From positions 1 to 60,342 of IMG/VR virus record IMGVR_UViG_3300008262_000063: a DNA stretch of 60,342 bases. The stretch is one strand, 5' to 3'. Positions within the stretch are counted from its first letter, which is position 1, and each line of letters opens with the position of its first letter. This DNA comes from a virus. Its lineage: Duplodnaviria > Caudoviricetes. Shown here piece by piece: positions 1-10,258 of this stretch. The translations under genes and the position numbers were made by a program. The notes beneath the pieces are model-generated. The model was not told the DNA's origin. It worked only from the letters and a program-made list of their open reading frames with translations, and made no database searches.

Positions 1-318
1 TATGTTGCAGGACGTTTTACTTGGGGAACTATTGATGTTTCTTTCAGAGACCCTATCGGACCTTCAGCATCTCAAGCACTTATGGAATGGGTTCGTTTAC
101 ATGCTGAATCTGTAACAGGTAGGATGGGTTACGCTGCTGGATATAAGAAAAACGTAGATTTAGAGATGTTAGATCCGACTGGTGTTGTTGTTGAAAAATG
201 GATTATGGAAGGATGTTTTCTAACCAATGTATCCTTCAATAGTGTTGCTTACAACTCTGATGCAATTATGACTATCAAAGGTACATTACGTCCAGATCGT
301 TGTATTCTTGTTTATTAA
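1..318 (+). CDS. Tail tube protein (T4 gp19-like), 5'-truncated by window edge
   Basis: Frame +1 is open from base 1 (YVAGRFTWGTIDVSFRDPIGPSASQALMEW...). Motifs YxAGR-x-W-x-I-x-F-D, 'YKK...L..LDPTG.VVEKW...GCF' and a C-terminal 'L.PDRC' are typical of gp19-like tubes. It lies upstream of the chaperone and tape measure genes. Confidence 0.85.
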   Translation, partial: YVAGRFTWGTIDVSFRDPIGPSASQALMEWVRLHAESVTGRMGYAAGYKKNVDLEMLDPTGVVVEKWIMEGCFLTNVSFNSVAYNSDAIMTIKGTLRPDRCILVY

Positions 319-355
319 TTTTGTATATCCTTTACAACCAAAAATAATATCCATA

Positions 356-363
356 TATTTATA
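356..363 (+). promoter_or_regulatory. TATTTATA putative late-promoter motif upstream of the homing endonuclease
   Basis: Motif ends 17 nt before ATG 381 and recurs before most structural genes. Confidence 0.55.
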
Positions 364-380
364 TGTAAAAATATAGATAT

Positions 381-1973
381 ATGGATTTTCAATTTTTTAT
401 AACTAACAATAGTTCTGGATTTAAAACAAAAGAAAAATGGTTATCCTATAACCATCCTGAATTGTATAATAAAATTATTGAATATTCATCTAAAATTAAC
501 TTGGAACTTTCTTTTAAAGAAAAGATTTGGTTCTATTATAATAATTTAAAAGAAAGACCAAAATGTGTTTCTTGTGGGGGTGATATAAAGTTTAGAGAAA
601 GGTTTGATAAACCATATGGTGAATTTTGTTCTTTAACTTGTATTAACACAAATAAAGAAGAAATGGTTAAAAGACAAAGTAAAACATTAAAACAAAAATA
701 TGGTGTTGATTTTTTTCCTCAACATGATGATTTTATTAAAAAACAACGAAAGACAAAACTAGAAAAATATGGGGATGAAAATTTTAATAATCCTCAAAAA
801 AATAAGGAAACTAAATTACTAAAATATGGTAATCCTGTATTTAACAATTTTGAAAAATATAAAGATACTTGTATCTTAAAATATGGGACGGACAACTATA
901 GTAAATCAAACAACTACTCAAAAAAAATAAAAGAAAAATTCAAACATCTTTACCCTGAATTGGAATTTAAAAAGATTGAAAAAGAATTTGTTGAGATAAA
1001 GTGTTGTGATTGTGGAGAGTCTACTGATATATCCAAACAACTATTATATGAGAGATATAAACGTAATTATGTTATATGTACAAAATGTAACCCAATAGGA
1101 CATAAAAGTAGAAGTGGACATGAAAAAGAGATATGTGAATTTCTAGCAGAAAATAATATTGAGTTTGTAACTAACAAAAAATTTAATAATAGTAAAACAG
1201 AAATTGATATTTTTATACCTGACTTCAATTTAGGAATCGAAGTTAATGGTGTGTATTGGCACAATGAGTTATTTAAAAATTCAAATTATCATCTTGATAA
1301 GACATTAAGGTCAGAAAAAGAAAATATAACTTTGATTCATGTTTTTGAGGATGAATGGATATATAAAAAAGATATTGTTAAATCTATTATAAAAAATAGA
1401 TTAAAACTAAATGGTAAAACAATATATGGTAGAAAGTGTGAAATTAGAGAATTAGATACAAAAACTACACAAGATTTTTTAAACCAAAACCATATACAGG
1501 GTAATGTAAATTCTAAATACAGAATAGGATTATTTTATGAAAATCAATTAGTTTCAGTTATGACATTTGGAAATGGTAGAATAATGATGGGTGGTAAAAG
1601 TAATGAGTTTGAATTAACCAGATTTTGTAATTTGATAAATTATAATATTATTGGATCAGCCTCTAAATTACTTAATTTTTTTATTAAAAAATATGTACCA
1701 CAAAAGATTGTATCATATTCTGACGTTAGATTATTTAATGGGGAATTATATAAAAAATTAAATTTTAATAAAATACATCAATCCAAACCGAATTACTGGT
1801 ATGTTATTGATGACATCAGACATAACAGATTTAATTTTAGAAAATCCATATTAGTTAAACATGGATTTGATAAGAATAAAACAGAAAAGGAAATAATGTT
1901 TGAAAGAAAAATATATCGAATATATGATTGTGGTAATATTAGATGGGAATTAACACCAAGTTATGGATTATAG
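381..1973 (+). CDS. Free-standing Hef-like homing endonuclease (Zn ribbons, KYG repeats, Vsr/DUF559-like PD-(D/E)xK nuclease, C-terminal GNAT-like domain)
   Basis: CVSC...CSLTC and CCDC...CTKC zinc motifs; repeated K-x-x-L-x-KYG units; 'EKEICEFL...EIDIFIPDFNLGIEVNGVYWH...HVFEDEW'; C-terminal 'FLNQNHIQG...ELTRFC...GSASKLL...SYSD...PNYWY...RIYDCG'. Very K/N-rich. Confidence 0.75.
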   Translation: MDFQFFITNNSSGFKTKEKWLSYNHPELYNKIIEYSSKINLELSFKEKIWFYYNNLKERPKCVSCGGDIKFRERFDKPYGEFCSLTCINTNKEEMVKRQSKTLKQKYGVDFFPQHDDFIKKQRKTKLEKYGDENFNNPQKNKETKLLKYGNPVFNNFEKYKDTCILKYGTDNYSKSNNYSKKIKEKFKHLYPELEFKKIEKEFVEIKCCDCGESTDISKQLLYERYKRNYVICTKCNPIGHKSRSGHEKEICEFLAENNIEFVTNKKFNNSKTEIDIFIPDFNLGIEVNGVYWHNELFKNSNYHLDKTLRSEKENITLIHVFEDEWIYKKDIVKSIIKNRLKLNGKTIYGRKCEIRELDTKTTQDFLNQNHIQGNVNSKYRIGLFYENQLVSVMTFGNGRIMMGGKSNEFELTRFCNLINYNIIGSASKLLNFFIKKYVPQKIVSYSDVRLFNGELYKKLNFNKIHQSKPNYWYVIDDIRHNRFNFRKSILVKHGFDKNKTEKEIMFERKIYRIYDCGNIRWELTPSYGL

Positions 1974-2016
1974 TTTAGTTTTTTATAAAACTAACTATTA
2001 TTTAAAATAAAAAACT

Positions 2017-2775
2017 ATGGATTCCAATTTATTTAATGCCGCTACCGAAAACTTTAATCTTCCCCATGATGTAGTCCCATTACCAACTGGAGGTATATTT
2101 TATAAAAATAAAAAAAAATCAGTTAAGGTTGGGTATTTGACCGCACATGATGAAAATATATTAATTGGTGCAACTCAAAACTCAAATCAAAATATTATCT
2201 TAACATTATTAAGAAGTAAAATATATGAACATGATTTAAGACCTGAAGAATTATTGGAAGGTGATATAGAAGCAATTCTTATTTATTTAAGAAATACATC
2301 TTTTGGTCCTGAATATGTGGTTAATGTGATTGACCCAAAAACTAACAAAAGTTTTGAAACAACAATCGTTTTGGACGAACTTAACATTAAAAAAACACAA
2401 TTCACTCCTGATGAAAATGGAATGTTTACAACAATGTTACCTCGTTCAGGAAATACTGTTAAGTTAAGACCATTAACATATTCTGAGATTTTGGACATTG
2501 ATAAGATGTCTGAACAATACCCTGTTGGTAGGGTAGCTCCAACGGTTACGTGGAGATTAAATAAAATGATTCAAGAGGTTGATGGAATTGCTGATAGAGA
2601 AAAAATTGCATCCTTTATTGAAACATTACCAATATTAGATTCAAAATATATTAGAAACTTTGTAAGAGACAATCAACCATCATTAGATTTAGAAAAAACA
2701 GTTATAGCCCCGTCAGGAGAAAAGGTATCTTTCAAGATTACCTTTGGGGTGGAGTTTTTTCGCCCTTTCTTCTAG
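2017..2775 (+). CDS. Tail assembly chaperone / T4 gp26-like baseplate hub assembly protein
   Basis: 'VPLPTGGIFY...LTAHDENIL...GDIEAILIYLRNTSFGPEY...LPRSG..VKLRPLT' and a terminal 'FFRP'. Lies between tube and tape measure genes. Confidence 0.75.
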   Translation: MDSNLFNAATENFNLPHDVVPLPTGGIFYKNKKKSVKVGYLTAHDENILIGATQNSNQNIILTLLRSKIYEHDLRPEELLEGDIEAILIYLRNTSFGPEYVVNVIDPKTNKSFETTIVLDELNIKKTQFTPDENGMFTTMLPRSGNTVKLRPLTYSEILDIDKMSEQYPVGRVAPTVTWRLNKMIQEVDGIADREKIASFIETLPILDSKYIRNFVRDNQPSLDLEKTVIAPSGEKVSFKITFGVEFFRPFF

Positions 2776-2785
2776 TTATAGACAG

Positions 2786-2923
2786 ATGATGATAGATGAG
2801 TACTTTGCATTAGGAAAATTTATTGGAACCTCATATTCAGATTTTTTGATAATGCCAACATATTTTAGGAAATATCTGATAAATAAAATAATCGAAGTTA
2901 ATAGTCCCCCTGACAATAAATAA
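2786..2923 (+). CDS. Small 45-aa ORF (MMIDEYFALGKFIGTSYSDFLIMPTYFRKYLINKIIEVNSPPDNK); second chaperone part (gp51-like / gpT-like), probably reached by +1 frameshift
   Basis: Absent from the ORF track (<60 aa). The frame is open back through TTT TTC at 2756-2761. 'YSDFLIMPTYFRKYLI' resembles chaperone extension motifs. Confidence 0.7.
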   Translation: MMIDEYFALGKFIGTSYSDFLIMPTYFRKYLINKIIEVNSPPDNK

Positions 2924-2943
2924 TTGTTGGGGGTATTTATTTT
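2906..2943 (+). terminator. Stem-loop CCCCCTGACAAT-AAATA-ATTGTTGGGGG followed by a T-rich run
   Basis: Imperfect inverted repeat with G-U pairs spanning the stop of the 45-aa ORF. A TATTTAT motif (2934-2940) follows immediately. Confidence 0.45.
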
Positions 2944-2961
2944 ATATTAAAATGAATCAAA

Positions 2962-4779
2962 ATGGGAAAATCTAGTGGATTAAGTCAGTTAACAAGTGCT
3001 TTACAAGCGGCGTCAAAAGCCGCTGATGGATTTAAAAATTCCATAATGGGAATGGAAGATAATGCTATAGCAATTGCAAAACAATTCGGACAAGGACGAG
3101 AAAATATTACAAATATAAAAGCCGGTTTAGCGGACGCTTCCGATAGTTTGGTTAAAGTTGGGGTTAATATAAAACAAACTATTGAAGAAGCTGGGAAAAT
3201 ACAAGTTTCCTTTTCAAAAGAAATTGGAAGAAACGCACTTCTAACATCAGAATCTTTTGGACAAATCAAAGCGATGACAGATGTAACTGGTGTTGGTGTA
3301 GACAAACTCACTGCAGGTTTTGCGGATGCTGGTATATCAATTTTGAATTCGGGAAAAGAAATGCAAAAAGTTGTTAATGTGTCTCGGTCTTTGGGTTTGG
3401 ATACACAAGCAGTGTCTGGTATGGTGGTTAAAAATTTAGGTGAAACATCTAAATTTAATTTTCAGGGTGGAGTTGAAGGTATGGCTAAGATGGCGGCACA
3501 GGCTGTTAATTTAAGAATAGATATGTCAACAATCCTATCTAAAGCTGAACAGTTATTTGATCCTGAGAATGCTATTAATATGGCGAGTGCTATGCAGAGA
3601 TTAGGTGTTGCTCAAAGTTCTTTATTAGATCCACTTAGATTAATGGATATGGCACAAAATGACCCTGCTGAGTTACAAAACCAAATTGCTGAAATGAGTA
3701 AGGAATTTGTTAGATTAAATGAAAAAGGACAATTTGAAATTATGCCCGGGGCTAAAAGGCAGATGATGGAAATTTCTAAAGAATTATTTGGTAATACGAC
3801 TCAATTAAGTAAAATGGCTTTAGCGGGTGCTGAGTTAGAAGATAAATTAAGTAAAATAAAATTACCTGAAGATACTTTTACCGAAGAACAAAGAAAATTT
3901 ATCGCAAATATGGCAACCATGGGACCTGGTGGTGAGTATAAATTAAAAGTTGATGGTGAAGATGTTGGTTTGGATAAGGCATTAGATTTATTTACTCAAG
4001 ATAAAGGTAAATTAGATAAGTTTATGGAGGCACAAGCTCCAAAAACTATGGAAGAGTTGGCTAAAGAACAAATTGACATATTCACTAGTATGGCTAACGA
4101 CTTAGATTTTCTTAAAAGTATTGATACACGTTTAGGTATGGTATTAGGTTCAAGTAAAACTGCTGAAAGCATGTTAACTGCGGGTAAAGAATTATCAAGT
4201 GAATTACCTAAGATATTCGGAGAAGAAGAACTTAGTACTAAACAGTTAAGGAAAAAAACTGATGAAGGTTTAACGGGGGTAACTAGTGCTTTAAAGGAAG
4301 GTGATATTGCAGGTGCAGGTAAACAACTCTTGGATAATGTTGGTGGATTTTTAACTTCGTCATTTGAAGGTGTTGTTAGAAGAGGAGAATCAGCAATTAA
4401 GGAAATAGGTGAATTAAAAAATGAAAGTATACAAGCAATTAAAGGTGCTGGAACTGAACTAATAAAAGGATTAACAGGTGTTGATTTAAAAGATAAAGAA
4501 CTTATTGAAAGTAATCAAAAATTAAAAGAGGGTACTGTAAAACCTATGGGTAGTACTGAAGAATTAAAAACAAAAGATAAATCTGAATCGATACCTAAAG
4601 AAGCGTCAACAAATGAAATTAAGTTTACACAACCACTTAAATTAGATATATCAGTATCTGGTGTTTCAGGGTTATCTGAGGATCAAATTAAATCACTCAT
4701 CCAACAAGCCAATTGGGACCAATTACTTTATGATGCAGTACAAAGAGCGGAAAAACAAAAAGTTGGTACACCTAAATAA
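2962..4779 (+). CDS. Tape measure protein
   Basis: 605-aa helical A/G/K/Q/M-rich protein with 'GVEGMAKMAAQA..LR..M' and 'A..LQ.LG' motifs, directly after the chaperone genes. Length is similar to T4 gp29. Confidence 0.8.
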   Translation: MGKSSGLSQLTSALQAASKAADGFKNSIMGMEDNAIAIAKQFGQGRENITNIKAGLADASDSLVKVGVNIKQTIEEAGKIQVSFSKEIGRNALLTSESFGQIKAMTDVTGVGVDKLTAGFADAGISILNSGKEMQKVVNVSRSLGLDTQAVSGMVVKNLGETSKFNFQGGVEGMAKMAAQAVNLRIDMSTILSKAEQLFDPENAINMASAMQRLGVAQSSLLDPLRLMDMAQNDPAELQNQIAEMSKEFVRLNEKGQFEIMPGAKRQMMEISKELFGNTTQLSKMALAGAELEDKLSKIKLPEDTFTEEQRKFIANMATMGPGGEYKLKVDGEDVGLDKALDLFTQDKGKLDKFMEAQAPKTMEELAKEQIDIFTSMANDLDFLKSIDTRLGMVLGSSKTAESMLTAGKELSSELPKIFGEEELSTKQLRKKTDEGLTGVTSALKEGDIAGAGKQLLDNVGGFLTSSFEGVVRRGESAIKEIGELKNESIQAIKGAGTELIKGLTGVDLKDKELIESNQKLKEGTVKPMGSTEELKTKDKSESIPKEASTNEIKFTQPLKLDISVSGVSGLSEDQIKSLIQQANWDQLLYDAVQRAEKQKVGTPK

Positions 4780-4811
4780 AAATAAAAAATATCTATTTAT
4801 TATAAAAAAGT

Positions 4812-7800
4812 ATGTCAGATAGTTCATTATCATTTATATCTACAGCTAGTTTCAGAAACAGTTTAATGTCTCGTAATTTAGCTCCTTATACATTACAAGG
4901 AGTGTATTCACCCCCTGTGTCTAATACTAATTACCCGACAGTCATAGGAGATTTAAATGTTATTGATTCACCAAATAATTTAATTGGTGATAGCCCGTTT
5001 CCTGATAGATTATATCCATTAAACGAATATGGACCTGAAGGTGGGTATTCTAATACTGTTATAAATAACAAATATCCATTAAGACCAAACAAAGGTGAAT
5101 ATGACCCAAATGACACTGAACTTGATTTGGTTAACGAATTTTATATTGACGCAGCTTATATAGAAAACAGATACGGACCTATTGGTGGTTACATGAGTAT
5201 GGTGGTAATTGATTCTTTGGAAAATAAGAATAAGTTATATACCCCATATTGGAATCCACCGACATTTATTCCGTCTTCTTATTCACCTTATCAGATTTTG
5301 TTATCAAATGATCCAACAGGTTCTTCAGGTTTATTATCTCAGGATTCTTTCATCGTTAAGTTGGGCGCTCAAACATTAAAGAATTTATTACAAGATAGAG
5401 TTGATGTTGAAAATGCTCAAATAAATGGAAGTGCTGGTAGTTTGGACACATTTAGTAATCCTTTGAATTCAACTTTGCTTGTATCAGGTAGACTAGATAC
5501 TACTAATAAAAATTACAAAATTACCATACCTGAACAAGGATTAGGAACATCTCAGTCATTATCTTCAAGGTTATCAGACAATTATTTTCCTGCGTCACCA
5601 ATACCCGGAGATTATTTTATCGAGAGTCCATTTAACGGTGGTTCAAGTGCTCAGATTACAAGTGGTGTAAATGCTTTAAATCAATTAACTGGTGGTGCAT
5701 TGGGTGGGATTCTGAATGTTTTAAGAAATCCATCACAAATATTTTTAGCTAATACGGGTAATGGACAACGTTCCATTCTTTTTGCCAATATAGATTATAA
5801 CAGATACCAACCTCCATACGATAGAAACTTGGGAGCCGCAGTTGCCGTAGGACAATTTGCACTTAACGCTCTTGATGTAACGACAGGTGGTTTTTATGTT
5901 GGTAGTAGAAATGCTGACCCATCAACAATTACCTCACCTCCGAATCAAATTCCTGTTGATGCTTTTGGAAGACAGATTCAGACACCTGTTTATGGACCTT
6001 CTGAATTGGGAATTTTATTTGAAGGTAATGAAAATAAAATAAATTTTGGTTTAGCAGGTAAATCATTTACGGATGGTGGAGGTATTGATGGACAATTTGT
6101 TTGGACATCACCAAAATATAAAGGGAACGCTGGATATAAAGCAACACCTGGTGGGGGTGTTGGATCACTTGATACTGAATTCAATCAAATTAGTTCACAA
6201 TATACTAGTAATGAATCAACAAGTATAACATTCAAACCTTCATCAATATTAGATGCTACACAAAGATTAATTGAATCTGCGGATAATGTTGCTGGTATAA
6301 CAAAATTAAAACATGTTGGAAACGCTATAAATCAAGTGAGTAAGGTTTTCAATGATGGGTATAAAGAAATGACTAAAGGTTCAAGGGTTTTATCATATCA
6401 AGATAATACAAATGGGGGAGAAGCGGGTATTGAATATTGTAGGGTATTTACAAAAGATACTCCATATTACACTTATAATGATTTACAAAAAACTGATGGA
6501 ATAACAACATCAGGAAGAAGATTTGTGAATTCAGTTTTTGATAATACATACAACCTAAACATAGCACCACTAAGAAATCCTGGTTCTACAAATATACTAC
6601 CTAATGAAAAAGGACAATTAGTTGCTAAGAAATATATGTTCTCTTTGGAAAATTTGGCTTGGAGAACTTCAAGTAGGCCTGGACTTACTTATGATGATTT
6701 ACCTGTATGTGAGAGAGGACCTAATGGAGGTAGAGTAATGTGGTTTCCACCTTATGATTTAACATTTAGTGATACTAGTACACCAAACTTTCAACAAACC
6801 AATTTCTTAGGTAGACCTGAACCAATATATACATATAATAATACAACTAGATCAGGTTCTATTAGTTGGAAAATAATTGTGGATCATCCATCAGTTATGA
6901 ATACAATAATTGAGAAACAATTAAAAGGACAACAAAAAGAAAGGATTGATTCTATAATTGATTCATTCTTTGCTGGATGTGTTAAATATGATGTATACGA
7001 ACTTGCTAAAAAGTTTAATATGTTAAAACCATCCGATATCTATGAATATCAAGAAATTTTGAATAACCCTAGATTAACTAGAGAGGAATTAGCGGGTGTT
7101 AATTTTGAAATACAAAAAACTGTAACAATACCAGCACCTATAGGTGGAAGTACAAATGGTCAAGGTGGGGATTCAAATATATCAAATGTTGATAAAAAAA
7201 CATATCAAGACGATCCTGAACAGAAAAATTTTGAAGATAGATATAAAGAATTGGCGTTTTATTTCCATGATGATATACCAGGTCCTCAAACAGGAACTGT
7301 ATCAAATCAACCTTATTCACAAACTTTTGATTCTTATAAATCTTTGATGACAACATATGAAAATACATCAAATTCATTATTTGGGGACACATCACCTTTC
7401 TGTAAAAAAACAGGAACAGTTAAAGTAACCGAAAATGGAAGAACTCAAGTTGATACTGGTAAGTCACATCAACAGTATTGTAATGAAGCTAAAAATGTTA
7501 AACAATTCTTTGATACCATAGTTGAATCAAACTATAATGTAATCTCAAAAAATGAGAAAAATTTTATTGTTGATGCTTATAATATTATTAAGAAGGGAGG
7601 TACTGTAACTATCGAAATGATAGGTTCTGCGTCTGCGTTGGGTAATCAAGATTATAATAAAAATCTTTCTTTAAGAAGGATTGATTCAGTTAAGAAATTT
7701 TTTAAAGAAACAACAATAGGTGACGCTAATTTGGGTAATGAAATTGATAAAAAATTTTTTATAAAATCAGCTCAAGGAGATGGTGAGGATATATCAATAC

Positions 7801-9932
7801 CAAAAGCGGGTACTGGTGATACCTTTGGATTTGAGGTAAACTGTAGAAATGATATTAAAGGTGGAAATAATAACATAACCGACAATTCCAAAGCTCAGAT
7901 ATATTCAGTTTATGCAATGGCTTGTAGGAGAGTTAAAATTAAAGAAATTAAAGTTACATTACCACAAGTTGAAGTTGAAAATGAAGTTAAAACCAATCAA
8001 ACTGATATTGCCCCAAAAGAACAAAAGGTAGTTGTAAAATCAACAGTAATACCACCTAGATTACAACCAACTATTAGTGTTACTAAAAAATTGAAAGATG
8101 GTATTAGTAAAAAAATATTAAGAAATCTATTTTCCGAATGTGATTACTTTGATGTAATACAGAAAGAAAATCCGATGATATATCAAACAATTAAGGAAAA
8201 GATTAAATACTTCAACCCAGCGTTCCACTCAATGACACCTGAAGGATTGAATGCTCGTTTAACGTTCTTAAATCAATGTGTTAGACCTGGTGAAACAATT
8301 CCTGTAATAGGTGCTGATGGTAGACCGAAATATAATGATGCAGTTAATACATCATTTGGTGCTCCTCCCATTCTTATTTTAAGGGTAGGTGACTTTTATA
8401 ATACAAAGATTGTTCCTACAAGTTTGGGTTTTACATATGAAAGTAATTTATTGGATATTAATCCTGAAGGTATTGGTATTCAGCCAATGATTGTAAAAGT
8501 ATCTATGGGATTCAATATGATTGGAGGACATGGTTTATCCAAACCTGTTGAACAATTGCAGAACGCATTATCATTTAATTATTATGCAAATACTGAAATA
8601 TATGATGAAAGGGCGACGCCTACTGATGATTCGTATAAGAAGATAGATAAAGAATTAGAACAAGTTATATTAGCTGGTGAAAAACCTGCAACTCTTAATA
8701 ATGTTACTAATAATCCTACAAATGATGGTGGTGATACTATTGGTGAAATTCAGACAAATATACCAATTCCTAGTGGACAAACAGGTGTTACCTCATACCA
8801 AAAAGTTATGGATAAATTCTTTGATGAAACCGTAACATACTTCAACACTGTGGTTAACCAAATGGAAAAAATCACATTGACGTATAATATGGGTATCATG
8901 CAATTAGTGAATGATAAAAGGAAAAATACTAATGGAACCATTTATTTAAGTGGAGCTAGTGTAACACCAAATCCTGAAGTAAAAATAATATGGGGACAAC
9001 CTGATGGTGATAATACAAGATTAACTAAACTATTTACTGATGTAATAAAAGATATTGAAACAAATCAAAATCCATTACTCAATGGCGGATTATTAAAAAA
9101 TAATTTACAAAATGGATATTTTGGTGCTGAACCCGAAATCAAAGAATTTAAGCTTAATTTAATTAACTATATTAAAAAATTAAGTTCAGACTTTTCTAAT
9201 GGTATTGTTACAACTTATACTGATTTAGTAAATTTTGAAGCTAACTATGTTCAGTATTTTAGAAAGATTAATTTAATTGAAACAAAAACCGATGGTAAAA
9301 TTTTAGAAAGTAATGTTCCAAGAGTTTATAATATATCAGGAACCAGTGAAGTTAGTAACTCAAGTAAACCACCAGAAGGACAAGAACCAACAAACAGAGG
9401 TGTACCACAAAATACATTTGAGGAATTAGATTTTGATTATACAGATGTGATTCAATCACTCAAAGAGTATAACAAACTTTTGGATTCAAGTGGTATAACT
9501 ACAAGTAATGAATATCAAGATGGTGAGTTTAGACTGGCTGATACTGAAGCTAATTTTGATCTTGAGAATAAACTTTTCTTCATGGTTATTTCTAGAATTT
9601 TGGATAATAAAAATAAAAGACAAGAATTTGTTTCCGCTTTAACTAAAGGACCTTCAGTAAGTAAAAACAACTTTAAAAATAAATTAGAAAAGGTTGTTGA
9701 AAAGTTACAAAACAAATATTCAAAAGAATTAAGAAAAGAAGAAAAGTTATTTGAGAACTTTAGAAAAAATAAAGAGTTCAAAACATTTGTTAATGAACCA
9801 TTACAAAAATTATTTCCTAAAGGTAAAACAAGAAAATTTGAATACTCAACAGTACCGGGAACTAATGATGTTGCACAGAAGGCTCAAATATTAGCACTAT
9901 ACACAAAAAAAACAAATATATTAGAATTCTAA
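4812..9932 (+). CDS. Large baseplate/tail-tube initiator protein (gpU/gp54-like fold) with an inserted OmpA-like domain
   Basis: 'FPPYDLTFSDTSTPNFQQTNFLGRPEPIYTYNNTTRSGSISW' and 'PPILILRVGDFYNTKIV...QPMIVKVSMGF' are tube-initiator motifs. 'IGSASALGNQDYNKNLSLRRIDSVKKFF...RRVKI' is an OmpA_C motif. Confidence 0.65.
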   Translation: MSDSSLSFISTASFRNSLMSRNLAPYTLQGVYSPPVSNTNYPTVIGDLNVIDSPNNLIGDSPFPDRLYPLNEYGPEGGYSNTVINNKYPLRPNKGEYDPNDTELDLVNEFYIDAAYIENRYGPIGGYMSMVVIDSLENKNKLYTPYWNPPTFIPSSYSPYQILLSNDPTGSSGLLSQDSFIVKLGAQTLKNLLQDRVDVENAQINGSAGSLDTFSNPLNSTLLVSGRLDTTNKNYKITIPEQGLGTSQSLSSRLSDNYFPASPIPGDYFIESPFNGGSSAQITSGVNALNQLTGGALGGILNVLRNPSQIFLANTGNGQRSILFANIDYNRYQPPYDRNLGAAVAVGQFALNALDVTTGGFYVGSRNADPSTITSPPNQIPVDAFGRQIQTPVYGPSELGILFEGNENKINFGLAGKSFTDGGGIDGQFVWTSPKYKGNAGYKATPGGGVGSLDTEFNQISSQYTSNESTSITFKPSSILDATQRLIESADNVAGITKLKHVGNAINQVSKVFNDGYKEMTKGSRVLSYQDNTNGGEAGIEYCRVFTKDTPYYTYNDLQKTDGITTSGRRFVNSVFDNTYNLNIAPLRNPGSTNILPNEKGQLVAKKYMFSLENLAWRTSSRPGLTYDDLPVCERGPNGGRVMWFPPYDLTFSDTSTPNFQQTNFLGRPEPIYTYNNTTRSGSISWKIIVDHPSVMNTIIEKQLKGQQKERIDSIIDSFFAGCVKYDVYELAKKFNMLKPSDIYEYQEILNNPRLTREELAGVNFEIQKTVTIPAPIGGSTNGQGGDSNISNVDKKTYQDDPEQKNFEDRYKELAFYFHDDIPGPQTGTVSNQPYSQTFDSYKSLMTTYENTSNSLFGDTSPFCKKTGTVKVTENGRTQVDTGKSHQQYCNEAKNVKQFFDTIVESNYNVISKNEKNFIVDAYNIIKKGGTVTIEMIGSASALGNQDYNKNLSLRRIDSVKKFFKETTIGDANLGNEIDKKFFIKSAQGDGEDISIPKAGTGDTFGFEVNCRNDIKGGNNNITDNSKAQIYSVYAMACRRVKIKEIKVTLPQVEVENEVKTNQTDIAPKEQKVVVKSTVIPPRLQPTISVTKKLKDGISKKILRNLFSECDYFDVIQKENPMIYQTIKEKIKYFNPAFHSMTPEGLNARLTFLNQCVRPGETIPVIGADGRPKYNDAVNTSFGAPPILILRVGDFYNTKIVPTSLGFTYESNLLDINPEGIGIQPMIVKVSMGFNMIGGHGLSKPVEQLQNALSFNYYANTEIYDERATPTDDSYKKIDKELEQVILAGEKPATLNNVTNNPTNDGGDTIGEIQTNIPIPSGQTGVTSYQKVMDKFFDETVTYFNTVVNQMEKITLTYNMGIMQLVNDKRKNTNGTIYLSGASVTPNPEVKIIWGQPDGDNTRLTKLFTDVIKDIETNQNPLLNGGLLKNNLQNGYFGAEPEIKEFKLNLINYIKKLSSDFSNGIVTTYTDLVNFEANYVQYFRKINLIETKTDGKILESNVPRVYNISGTSEVSNSSKPPEGQEPTNRGVPQNTFEELDFDYTDVIQSLKEYNKLLDSSGITTSNEYQDGEFRLADTEANFDLENKLFFMVISRILDNKNKRQEFVSALTKGPSVSKNNFKNKLEKVVEKLQNKYSKELRKEEKLFENFRKNKEFKTFVNEPLQKLFPKGKTRKFEYSTVPGTNDVAQKAQILALYTKKTNILEF

Positions 9933-9934
9933 TT

Positions 9935-10258
9935 ATGGCTAGACAAATTTATAATCGTTACAATGAATTTCTTGTTGATGGTCAACAAACGGTTGTTCCA
10001 TATATTAACTTGCCCGCCAAGTCAACTGATAAAAGATATATTTACAAAGTCGGAATGACAAGGATGGATAAAGTATCACAACAATATTACGGTAGCCCAA
10101 CATTTGGATGGTTAATTTTGATGGGTAATCCGATTTATGGTGGACTCGAATGGAATATACCCGATGGGGCAATATTAACCATTCCGTATCCATTAGTTTC
10201 ATCCTTGCAAGATTATAAAAACGAGTTAGAAAATTATTTCTTTTATTATGGTAAGTAG
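9935..10258 (+). CDS. Baseplate LysM-like protein (P2 gpX / T4 gp53-like)
   Basis: 'RMDKVSQQYYGSPTFGWLILMGNP...IPDGAILTIP' fits the gpX/LysM pattern in its expected position. Confidence 0.8.
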   Translation: MARQIYNRYNEFLVDGQQTVVPYINLPAKSTDKRYIYKVGMTRMDKVSQQYYGSPTFGWLILMGNPIYGGLEWNIPDGAILTIPYPLVSSLQDYKNELENYFFYYGK

